Positions 28,660-36,391 of a stretch of DNA of 53,609 bases are shown in pieces (position 1 is the first letter of the stretch; every line of letters starts with the position of its first letter). A model generated the notes under the pieces. That model ran no database searches, was not told the origin of the DNA, and saw only the letters and a list, made by a program, of their open reading frames with translations. A program made the translations under genes and the position numbers. This DNA is from Thermoanaerobaculales bacterium (GTDB taxonomy: Bacteria > Acidobacteriota > Thermoanaerobaculia > Thermoanaerobaculales > Sulfomarinibacteraceae): NCBI GenBank assembly GCA_021107705.1, contig JAIOSJ010000317.1:1-53609 (forward strand), read 5' to 3'.

Positions 28660-30446
28660 CAGTCCTTCTCCACGGTCCCCGTCTCGGGCGCCGGTGTGCG
28701 CATCGCCTCGCGCGCATCAGCCTCGGCCCGGTCCAACGCCTCGAAAAGACCCCCGTTGGGTTCGGGTGTCGGGGTCGGCGGGGGTTGTTGGGCCTGTCCA
28801 TCCGGCGATGGCGTGGGGGTCGGTTGGGGGCCGTTCTGCTGTTCTTCTTGCTCCTGTTGCTCCTCGTCCTCGTCTTCCTTCTCGTCCTGGTCCTTTTCCT
28901 GTTCCTGCTCCTGTTCTTCTTGTTCCTCCAACAGCCTGAGAGCCAGTTCGTAGTTGCGCTTGGTTCCCGGGTCGGAGGGGTCCGCCAATAGAGCCCTGCG
29001 TAGGGCCTGAACCGCCGCCTCTGCCTGTTGACCTGCCAGAGCCGCCGTACCGACGTTGTAGGCGGCGCCGGCAACCCCACCGCGTTCCGCGGCTTCGAGG
29101 ATCGGCCCAGCCATGTCCCCGGCGCCGGCGGCAGCCAGCGAGGTTCCGAGGTCGAAGAGACGCACAGGATCTTCAGGCGCCAGTATCGCCGCGCCGGCAA
29201 AGCTCTCGACCGATGCCTCGAGGTCCTCTGAGTGCCACTGGGAAACACCGCGGCGGGCCAACCGCCGACTCCCTCCCGGAATCAGGCGTTGCCACCAAGG
29301 GATCTTCAACTCGGGCGGAGGTTCGGCCGGCGCCCCAGGGGCCACTGAACCAGGCACGGCCGCAGGCGCCGGTGCGCCAGGGGCCGGCCCCGCGTGTTGC
29401 GCCATTGCAGGCGCCGTGAGACCAAAGACAATCACCCCGGCCGCCACAAGCACGGTGCGACGACGCCATGGAGACAGCAGAAAACCGAGCAAAAGGCACA
29501 CGGCGCTCAGACCCAAGAAAATCGGGAATCGCTCAATTCTGCGGGGTACCCGGCGGGTCTCCATCTCTCGCGTCCGAAGACGTTCAACCGCTTCGACGAG
29601 TTGCTGCTCTGCACCGACCGAATCCGCTATGATGACCTCCCCCTCGACAATCTCAGTCATCCCCCTCAGGGTTTCGGCTTCGGCATGCGTCACCACCGGT
29701 TGCCCGTCCTTGTCTCTCTTGTAATGCATCGCGCCGGAAGCGTCCACCTCCGGAATCGGCCCACCCTGCTCGGTCCCGACAACCACGCCCAACATGGACA
29801 CGCCGGCGGCCTTCAATGTCTCGGCGGCCGCCTGCGGATTCCCCTGGAGGTTTTCGCCGTCGGTGAAGAACACTGCAACCCGGCCATCGCCCTCCTCCGG
29901 CAGCAGTCTGAGAGCCGCCGTCACCGCCGCCTCGAGATTCGAGCCGGGCCGACCCACCATTCCCGGTTCGACGCCCTCAAGGAACGTGGCCGCCGCATGG
30001 ACATCCGTGGTCAGCGGCACCAGGGCATAGGCCTCACCCGAATAGACCACGACACCGATCCTGTTGCCGGCCAAACCGGGAAGGGACCGCCGCACGATCT
30101 GCAGGGCGGCGGCCAACCGATTCGGCCGGACGTCCGGGCAACGCATCGAGTCCGAGACATCAAGCGCAAATACAAGGTCACGGGTACGAACGGAGACTTC
30201 CGAGGGGAGTTCTCCCCACTGAGGCCGGGCCAGGGCCAGTACAAGCCAGAAAGCCGCCGCACTCCACATCAACAGACGCCACAGACCGGTGGAAGGCGTA
30301 CCACCCATCAGGCGATTCCAGACCGCCGGCGAGGCCAGCCGGCGCTGCTGATCAAGACGCCGCCGGTGGCGCAACAACACTGACAGACCGACAACGACCG
30401 GCACAAGGAGGAACCATAACCGAGCAGGCTCGGCAAAATTTACCAT
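28656..30446 (-). CDS. BatB-BatC-like fusion: VWA domain + TM + TPR + E/Q-rich tail
   Basis: ALARPQWG, LDVSDSM (MIDAS), PLTTD and TDGE; TPR AYNVG..NYELAL; poly-E/Q tract and terminal KDW. Confidence 0.88.
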   Translation of the reverse strand: MVNFAEPARLWFLLVPVVVGLSVLLRHRRRLDQQRRLASPAVWNRLMGGTPSTGLWRLLMWSAAAFWLVLALARPQWGELPSEVSVRTRDLVFALDVSDSMRCPDVRPNRLAAALQIVRRSLPGLAGNRIGVVVYSGEAYALVPLTTDVHAAATFLEGVEPGMVGRPGSNLEAAVTAALRLLPEEGDGRVAVFFTDGENLQGNPQAAAETLKAAGVSMLGVVVGTEQGGPIPEVDASGAMHYKRDKDGQPVVTHAEAETLRGMTEIVEGEVIIADSVGAEQQLVEAVERLRTREMETRRVPRRIERFPIFLGLSAVCLLLGFLLSPWRRRTVLVAAGVIVFGLTAPAMAQHAGPAPGAPAPAAVPGSVAPGAPAEPPPELKIPWWQRLIPGGSRRLARRGVSQWHSEDLEASVESFAGAAILAPEDPVRLFDLGTSLAAAGAGDMAGPILEAAERGGVAGAAYNVGTAALAGQQAEAAVQALRRALLADPSDPGTKRNYELALRLLEEQEEQEQEQEKDQDEKEDEDEEQQEQEEQQNGPQPTPTPSPDGQAQQPPPTPTPEPNGGLFEALDRAEADAREAMRTPAPETGTVEKDW

Positions 30447-31444
30447 GGTGTGCCTCCCGCCAAACTCTCGATCCCCGCCGCAGCCAGGAGCATGAAAAGG
30501 GCGACCAGCGCCCATGGTTCAAAACGCTCCCGGTAGCGAACCAATTTGGTTGATGTGAATTCAGTCGTCTCGAGAGCATCGATCTCTTCGAAGACCGCAC
30601 TCAGTGCCTTTCCGTCGCGCGCACGAAAGGAAGTCCCTCCGGTCCGCCGGGCAATCTCAGCCAGAAGTTCGGGGTTCGTTTCCACTTCGACTTCACGGAT
30701 CTCCCGTTTTTCTCTCCCCGTCCATGGGTCCCTGACGGTGACCGGCATCGGGACCTTGCCGCCTCGCCCCACCAGCACGGTGTGAACCGTCATTTCTTCA
30801 GACTGGGCGAGATCGGCCGCGGTCAGAGGGTCCAGCTGGCCCGAGTTGTTCGACCCGTCGGTGACCAGGACCACGACCTTCGAGTCAGCCTTGGACTTGC
30901 GCAGCCGGCTCACCGCAGTGCCAAGTCCCATTCCGATAGCCGTTCCGTCCGGAAGGGCGCCGATTTCAACATCACCGAGCAGGCGACCCGCAACTTCGTG
31001 ATCCAGAGTCAAGGGACATAGGGTGACGGCCGCTCCGGCGAAGACCACCAGGGCGATTCGATCGTGCGGACGCCCATCGAGAAAGGCACCGATCACATTC
31101 TTGGCCACCCCAAGGCGATCCGTCGGCCTGAAATCCAACGCGGCCATCGAACCGGACACATCCAGAACCACCGCCAAATCAACACCCTCGGCCCTCTCAA
31201 TATTGCGGGAGAGAACTTCCTGCGGCCGGGCGAGTGAGACGGCGAGGGGCACAAATGCCGCTGCGGCCAGAAAACCGGAGATCACCGTCGCACCGACCCG
31301 CAGGTCCAGTCGTCGGGGACCGGATCCTCCCGGCGCCACGGGGAACGGAAAACGCTGCCGACGCCGCCTCAGCCACCACAGTCCCGCCGCAGGAATCAAC
31401 AAGCTTGCGAGAAGCAAGAACTCGGGCACGGCGAGCCGCATCAT
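30440..31444 (-). CDS. BatA-like VWA domain protein
   Basis: LARPQ, LDVSGSMAALDF, DRIALVVF, CPLTLD, DGTAIG, TDGSNNSG and EIDALE. Confidence 0.92.
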   Translation of the reverse strand: MMRLAVPEFLLLASLLIPAAGLWWLRRRRQRFPFPVAPGGSGPRRLDLRVGATVISGFLAAAAFVPLAVSLARPQEVLSRNIERAEGVDLAVVLDVSGSMAALDFRPTDRLGVAKNVIGAFLDGRPHDRIALVVFAGAAVTLCPLTLDHEVAGRLLGDVEIGALPDGTAIGMGLGTAVSRLRKSKADSKVVVLVTDGSNNSGQLDPLTAADLAQSEEMTVHTVLVGRGGKVPMPVTVRDPWTGREKREIREVEVETNPELLAEIARRTGGTSFRARDGKALSAVFEEIDALETTEFTSTKLVRYRERFEPWALVALFMLLAAAGIESLAGGTPW

Positions 31445-32514
31445 GGTTTTCCCCCAGATTCCGGCTCGGGCATCAGGTGACGTTCAAGGTGACGTCCCAC
31501 ATCGAGCGTGGTCTCTCGGGCGGCAATCAACTCTGCGTCACCAACTCCGCGGCGCCCGAAACGAACCCCATCCGCAACCCCAGTCACACTCTGCAAACTT
31601 GCCTGGATCTCGGACGGCCAGTTCGACCTTCGGGCCAACAAGCGAAGCTCGTGCGAGGTCATTTCCGCCGCCGGCTCGCCGGTGCGTCGCTCGAGATACC
31701 GACGCACGCCCCCTGCCAGACGGTCACAGACCTCCGGCGCCGAAAGCAGGCCAACCCGCGCCCTGAGATCTTCGAGCAGCTGCTGCAATTCCTCGAACGG
31801 AGGCAATGCTCCGGCCTCCAGAACGTCGGCCCCAGCCCTCCGTCTGCGTCGCCACCACAAAGCGGCGACCGCAACCAGCGGGGCCAATAGAAGAAAGAGC
31901 GGCAGAACCCACTCCCACGGAAAACCGTGGACACCGACCGGGTCGTGCAAGGGCGCCGGCGCCCCATCGTCGTCGGCCGCCAGAACCGTCGCAACGGTGA
32001 TTGACGGTCCTTCGTTCGACAAAATTTCAAGAACCTCGCCCTCGTCGTCGCGGAGACCCGCAACAAGAATCGGTAATTCCATCGCGCCGATCTTCAGGGG
32101 TGCGAGCACAACCTCCCATGCCGGGGGTTCGGCGCCCGGCACTTCCCGCGGCGGGGTGATGATCGCCCACGAATCCTGGTCTTGCGTCTGGAGGCTCAGA
32201 TCTCCCCATAGAGAACCCTCACCGCCGCGTGCCTGAACCCGCACCGCGATCGGATCTCCGACCTCGAAAGTCTCTCCCGAGACCCTCAGTTCCAGGGCCG
32301 CGTCACTCGCCTCGCCGGCTTGGAGCACCCCGGCGCCAACAAGAAAAAATAACCACAAAAAGGCACAAAAAGGCACAAAAAGGAAGCCAATAAGATTGTT
32401 GTGGTTGCGTTGTAGCGCGACTGCCCGGCCCGCATTCTCGTACGCTGAATCTTGCAGACAGCTAAGCTGAGAGCCGATAGCTGATAGCTGAAAGCTGATA
32501 GCTTTACCTCGCAC
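31441..32514 (-). CDS. Membrane-anchored hypothetical protein of Bat operons (DUF4381-like); N-terminus contains tandem repeats
   Basis: Probable GTG start at 32514 after GGGAG, overlapping the DUF58 stop; Ig-like domain, TM, RRYLERR...AAEMTSHEL and ADGVRFG. Confidence 0.75.
   Translation of the reverse strand: MRGKAISFQLSAIGSQLSCLQDSAYENAGRAVALQRNHNNLIGFLFVPFCAFLWLFFLVGAGVLQAGEASDAALELRVSGETFEVGDPIAVRVQARGGEGSLWGDLSLQTQDQDSWAIITPPREVPGAEPPAWEVVLAPLKIGAMELPILVAGLRDDEGEVLEILSNEGPSITVATVLAADDDGAPAPLHDPVGVHGFPWEWVLPLFLLLAPLVAVAALWWRRRRRAGADVLEAGALPPFEELQQLLEDLRARVGLLSAPEVCDRLAGGVRRYLERRTGEPAAEMTSHELRLLARRSNWPSEIQASLQSVTGVADGVRFGRRGVGDAELIAARETTLDVGRHLERHLMPEPESGGKP
32354..32383. repeat. (CACAAAAAGG)x3 perfect decamer tandem repeat
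   Basis: Read directly from the sequence; encodes FVPFCAFLW on the minus strand. Confidence 0.9.
32465..32503. repeat. Heptamer tandem repeat (AGCTGAN, about 5.5 units)
   Basis: AGCTGAG AGCCGAT AGCTGAT AGCTGAA AGCTGAT AGCT; encodes AISFQLSAIGSQL on the minus strand. Confidence 0.9.
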
Positions 32515-33388
32515 GTCGCCGCTCCCGTCGCTCGAGAAGGGCCTGAATGGCCGGTAAATAGTCATCGTCGGTACGTAGATTCACGACATCGACACCGGGC
32601 ATTGCAACCCTGTCTCCACCCAGTCGGGTCCTTCCCACAGTCCATCGCCTCCCGGTCTCCGCATCGGCTACCGGCAGTGGGTCACTGTCGGCCCCGCGCT
32701 CGAGCAGAGCGTCACCCACCCTGACCACGACCACTTCGTGGCGACCCGCCAGGGCCGCCAGCGAACGCCGCGGCAGTTCGCAGGTGCGATCGACCAGAAG
32801 AATCACCACCCCGCGTCGGTGCAAGAGACGTCCAGCGGCGGCCACGGCGTCTTCAACGGCCGTGCCCCGCCCTGCGGGGGCCGCACCCAGAACCTCGCGC
32901 ACCACTCGCAGCCCATGGCGCCAGCCCGCCCGAGGAGGAATCAGAGACCGCACGCTGTCGTCGAAGAGTACTGCGCCGACTCTGTCCCGACGTGAAGCGG
33001 CGAGAGCAAACAGACTCGCGACCTCGGCAATGAGGTCATGCACCGTCATCACCTTCGAACCGAACCGCGTCGAGGCGGAGAGATCCACCAGCAGAAGAAC
33101 CGTCAGATCGCGCTCCTCGCGATAACGCTTCACGTGCAGTTGACCGGTTCGGGCCGTGACGTTCCAGGCGATCGTTCGAATGTCGTCGCCGGAGCGGTAT
33201 TCCCGCACCTCTTCGAATTCCAGACCCCGTCCCTTGAAAGCACTCTGGTAGTGGCCGGAAAGTCCCGACTCCATCGCACGTCTCGCGCGGATCTCGAGAT
33301 GACGGACCTGAGACCGCAGCTCCGAACCCGCTTGGTGAACCGGGTCAACCGGGACTGGTCGGCCCAACCACCGGGCCAGTGAACTCAC
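32504..33388 (-). CDS. DUF58 domain protein
   Basis: SAFKGRGLEFEEVREY..GDDIRTI.WNVTAR, K.YREER and DLSAS. Confidence 0.93.
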   Translation of the reverse strand: MSSLARWLGRPVPVDPVHQAGSELRSQVRHLEIRARRAMESGLSGHYQSAFKGRGLEFEEVREYRSGDDIRTIAWNVTARTGQLHVKRYREERDLTVLLLVDLSASTRFGSKVMTVHDLIAEVASLFALAASRRDRVGAVLFDDSVRSLIPPRAGWRHGLRVVREVLGAAPAGRGTAVEDAVAAAGRLLHRRGVVILLVDRTCELPRRSLAALAGRHEVVVVRVGDALLERGADSDPLPVADAETGRRWTVGRTRLGGDRVAMPGVDVVNLRTDDDYLPAIQALLERRERRRAR

Positions 33389-34368
33389 GGAACCTCCACC
33401 GCCAGCAGCAGACGTTCGATCACATCCTCGGAATCCACGCCTTCGGCCTCCGCCTCGTAGGTCAGAACCATCCGATGACGCAAGACCGACGGAGCCAGTT
33501 CCTTGACATCTTCCGGAGTCACGAAGGCGCGGCCGCGCACCAGGGCCAGAGCTCGGCTCCCTACGGCAAGCGCAATCGAGGCTCGGGGCGAAGCGCCGAA
33601 AGCGATCAGCGGGACAAGATCACCGAGGCCGACCTCGGCCGGCCGCCGCGTGGCGGAAACGAGGTTGACGATGTAGGAACGAATCCGTTCATCCAGATAG
33701 ACCTCGCGCGCCACGGCTTCGAGTTCCCCCAACTCCTCGAGAGTCGTCACCCGCTGCGGAGTCGGAAAGGCCTTCCCGAGGTGATACTCCAAAACAGTGC
33801 GCTCGTCCTCAGGGGCCGGATAGTCAACCAGAACTTTGAAAAGGAAACGATCCAGCTGTGCCTCGGGAAGGACGTACGTACCCTCCTGCTCGATCGGATT
33901 CTGCGTCGCCAGGACGACGAAGGGGTCAGGCAATTTGAAAGTCTCGCCCCCGATCGTGACCTGACGTTCTTCCATCGCCTCCAACAGAGCCGACTGAACC
34001 TTTGCGGGGGCCCGGTTGATCTCGTCGGCAAGAACCAGATTCGCAAAGACCGGTCCTCGGTGGGGAACGAACTCCGAGGTCTTGGGGTCAAAAATCTGAG
34101 TTCCCGTCACATCCGCCGGCAGCAGGTCCGGGGTGAATTGCAGACGTTGAAAATCACCCCCGACAACCCCGGCGAGCGCGCGCACCGTCAGAGTCTTTGC
34201 CAACCCCGGCACACCTTCGAGCAGAACATGACCGCGACACAAGAGAGCCACCAATACCGATTCCACGAGGTGGTCTTGGCCGACCACAACTTCCGATACC
34301 GCACGATGAATCTCACCGAGTCGTGCTGCCGCCCTGTCTACCTGCCGATCTTCCAGTCGTTGATCCAT
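33385..34368 (-). CDS. MoxR-family AAA+ ATPase
   Basis: GHVLLEGVPGLAKT, QFTPDLLPAD, LADEINRAPAKVQSALLEAM, ATQNPIEQEGTY.LPEAQLDRF and GASPRA. Confidence 0.97.
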   Translation of the reverse strand: MDQRLEDRQVDRAAARLGEIHRAVSEVVVGQDHLVESVLVALLCRGHVLLEGVPGLAKTLTVRALAGVVGGDFQRLQFTPDLLPADVTGTQIFDPKTSEFVPHRGPVFANLVLADEINRAPAKVQSALLEAMEERQVTIGGETFKLPDPFVVLATQNPIEQEGTYVLPEAQLDRFLFKVLVDYPAPEDERTVLEYHLGKAFPTPQRVTTLEELGELEAVAREVYLDERIRSYIVNLVSATRRPAEVGLGDLVPLIAFGASPRASIALAVGSRALALVRGRAFVTPEDVKELAPSVLRHRMVLTYEAEAEGVDSEDVIERLLLAVEVP

Positions 34369-34409
34369 AACTCTCCCTCAGGGCCAGTAGGCCCAAAAGA
34401 TGCCATTAC

Positions 34410-34424
34410 GCAAACAATATGCCA
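34410..34424 (-). promoter_or_regulatory. Putative sigma54 promoter of the moxR-bat operon
   Basis: Minus strand TGGCATATTGTTTGC with correct GG/GC spacing, about 40 nt upstream of the moxR ATG. Confidence 0.7.
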
Positions 34425-34574
34425 ACAAATTCGCCTGGTTTTGCCCTTGATCCACGCCGATTCGGCCTGCCGCGCCTTTTCGGCACAACCAAGATCACCC
34501 TTTCATTTCGAAGCTCTGAGGGTTACCGCCACCAAAGACGCCAAAACTAACCCGAACCTAAATTGAGCGATTCT

Positions 34575-34975
34575 CAGCGGCGATCTGCACCAGGCTCGGC
34601 CGCGAGAAGAACGGTTGATCCGGGCCGGCGTCGAACAGCACCGCTGGCTGCCAATAGGTGACCGAGTCAACAGTGACGGCGCCGATCCTGTCGCCGTAGG
34701 CCGTAGCGGAGATCGGCCCGGGTTTGCCGATCTCCATTCGGTAGACCTTGCCCGCTGTCGTGCCCCAGTAAAGGGTATCGACGAAGCCGTCAATGTCGGC
34801 GTCGCTTCCAGACAAGGTGGTGGGAACCTGGCCGTCTACTTCGCTCTTGAAGAGAATGTGGCCGGTTTCGACATCCACGCCGTAGATATAGTAATAACCC
34901 TCGTCGTTGAGCGGCTCACGCAAGGAGCCATCGACACGATACTCACCGCTGTATTCGGTGCCGTCGACGGTGATT
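34575..34975 (-). pseudogene. Internal fragment of a PilY1-like paralogue (beta-propeller with Ca-loop)
   Basis: YIYGVDVETGHILFK..DADIDGFVDTLYWGTTAGKVYRM..LFDAGPDQPFFSRPSL aligns by eye with FLYGVDVATGEILLK..DLDFDGFAEKLYLATTAGKIYRL..LFAAEGDQPFFMRPTL of the PilY1 at 45712-49650; no credible start or signal peptide. Confidence 0.85.
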
Positions 34976-35121
34976 TTTTGGCCATTAGCATAATTGGAAT
35001 TGCGACCTGAGGGGCGCGGAGTCGTACTCGACAGTCCGTCGAGCACACCGAAGGGAGCAAACGCAACAGATTTCTGTACATCTCCGGTCGTAGTAGAAGA
35101 TTGGTGAGAAATGCTGGCTAG
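34965..35121. mobile_element. MITE-like family A, copy 3 (left end lost)
   Basis: GGGGCG..AGTCG..TCCGTCGAG..AACAGA..CGTAGTAGAAGATTGGTGAGAAATGCTGGCTAG colinear with copies 1 and 2. Confidence 0.75.
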
Positions 35122-35299
35122 TTCCCGTCCGAAAACGGCCATTTTTTCGCAATCTCGGCGTCAGGCTCTGCGGACTTCCTTGTGCGACGTACACGAGTAC
35201 GACTCCGCGGAAGTTCTTGCCTTCCTTGATCTTGCGGAAAATTCCTCGTTTTCGCCTCGGGAACTGCGCTGTCCCCATCGGGAGTTTTCGGATGGGAAC
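35121..35299. mobile_element. MITE-like element, family B
   Basis: 16-bp terminal inverted repeats GTTCCCGTCCGAAAAC / GTTTTCGGATGGGAAC (15/16) with an internal CGTAC-N5-GTACG hairpin; non-coding. Confidence 0.8.
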
Positions 35300-35314
35300 G
35301 GGCTAGGACCGGAC

Positions 35315-36391
35315 TCAGTCCGTCTCCCCTTCGACCTCTTCTACCAAGTCCTTGAACATTTCCTTGTTGATGGACTTGTCGTAGGCGGCTCGCGCGTCAA
35401 CGAAGCCGTCTTCGTAGAGCCTACGAATCGCCGTATCCATCTCCATCATGCCTTCCTTGACGCCGATCTGAATTGCCGAGACGATCTGCGAGGTCTTAGC
35501 CTCGCGAATCATCGCTCCGATCGACGACGAGCAGAAGAGGAGTTCGACCGCCGCAATCTGGCCGCCCCCGATCTTCGGCAGGAGCTGCTGGGCTATCACC
35601 GCTTGTAAGCAGTCGGCGAGCAGGAACCGTACGCCATCCTGCTCCTCCGCCGGGAAGACATTGACCATGCGGTCGATAGCCTTCACCGCGTTGTTGGTGT
35701 GCAGGGTTCCGTAGACAAGCGTCCCCTTGCCCGCTGCATCGAGCGCCATCGAGACCGTCTCCAGGTCGCGCATTTCACCCACCAGGATGACGTCGGGGTC
35801 CTCGCGGGCCGCAGCCTTGAGGGCTTCGGCGAAAGATTCAACGTGGGGGCCGATCTCCCGCTGATGAATCACGCAGTTTCGATGAGGATGGATGAACTCG
35901 ATCGGGTCCTCGAGCGTGATGATGTGATATTTGCGGCTGCTGTTGATGAAGTCGATGATAGCAGCGAGCGTCGTCGACTTGCCCGAGCCGGTCGGCCCCG
36001 TGACGAGGACGAGGCCGCTTTCGATTTCGGCAAGCTTGCGCACCTGCTGCGGTAACACCAGCTGTTCAATCGACATGATCCTCGAAGGGATGATCCGCAT
36101 CACTGCGCCGGACCCGCGATGCTGGCGAAAGAGGTTGACGCGAAAGCGTGCGACATCCCCCAGCTGGTAGGCGAAGTCCACATCGCCTTCTCGTCTAAAA
36201 TCCTCCCACCGTGCAGGAGGGGTAATGACCTTGATCATCTCCTCCCACTCCACCTCCTTGATCGTCCGATAGTGGACGCGTTCAATCTCCCCGGACACAC
36301 GAAGCATCGGCGGCCGCCCGACCGTGAGATGGAAGTCGGAGGCGCCACGATCGTTCATGAGTCGAAGGAAGCGGTCAATCTTGTTCATCAA
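35315..36391 (-). CDS. PilT/PilU-family pilus retraction ATPase
   Basis: ASDFHL, RFRVN, GPTGSGKST, TLEDPIE, QREIG, EDPDVILVGEMRD and GTLHT. Confidence 0.94.
   Translation of the reverse strand: MMNKIDRFLRLMNDRGASDFHLTVGRPPMLRVSGEIERVHYRTIKEVEWEEMIKVITPPARWEDFRREGDVDFAYQLGDVARFRVNLFRQHRGSGAVMRIIPSRIMSIEQLVLPQQVRKLAEIESGLVLVTGPTGSGKSTTLAAIIDFINSSRKYHIITLEDPIEFIHPHRNCVIHQREIGPHVESFAEALKAAAREDPDVILVGEMRDLETVSMALDAAGKGTLVYGTLHTNNAVKAIDRMVNVFPAEEQDGVRFLLADCLQAVIAQQLLPKIGGGQIAAVELLFCSSSIGAMIREAKTSQIVSAIQIGVKEGMMEMDTAIRRLYEDGFVDARAAYDKSINKEMFKDLVEEVEGETD

Noticed and set aside
28800-28930. Low-complexity purine/pyrimidine tract as a separate repeat element
   Set aside because: It encodes the E/Q-rich and PTPTP linker expected in BatB/BatC-type proteins.
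32354-32503. Possible CRISPR array
   Set aside because: Units are 7-10 nt and contiguous, with no spacers and no cas genes.
34547-34580. Left terminal repeat that would make the PilY1 fragment a complete pack-MITE
   Set aside because: Only a weak match (about 10/14) to the family A end, which could be chance; not claimed.
34575-34975. PilY1 fragment as a diversity-generating retroelement template repeat
   Set aside because: No reverse transcriptase in the window; divergence from pilY1 is extensive, includes indels and is not adenine-specific.
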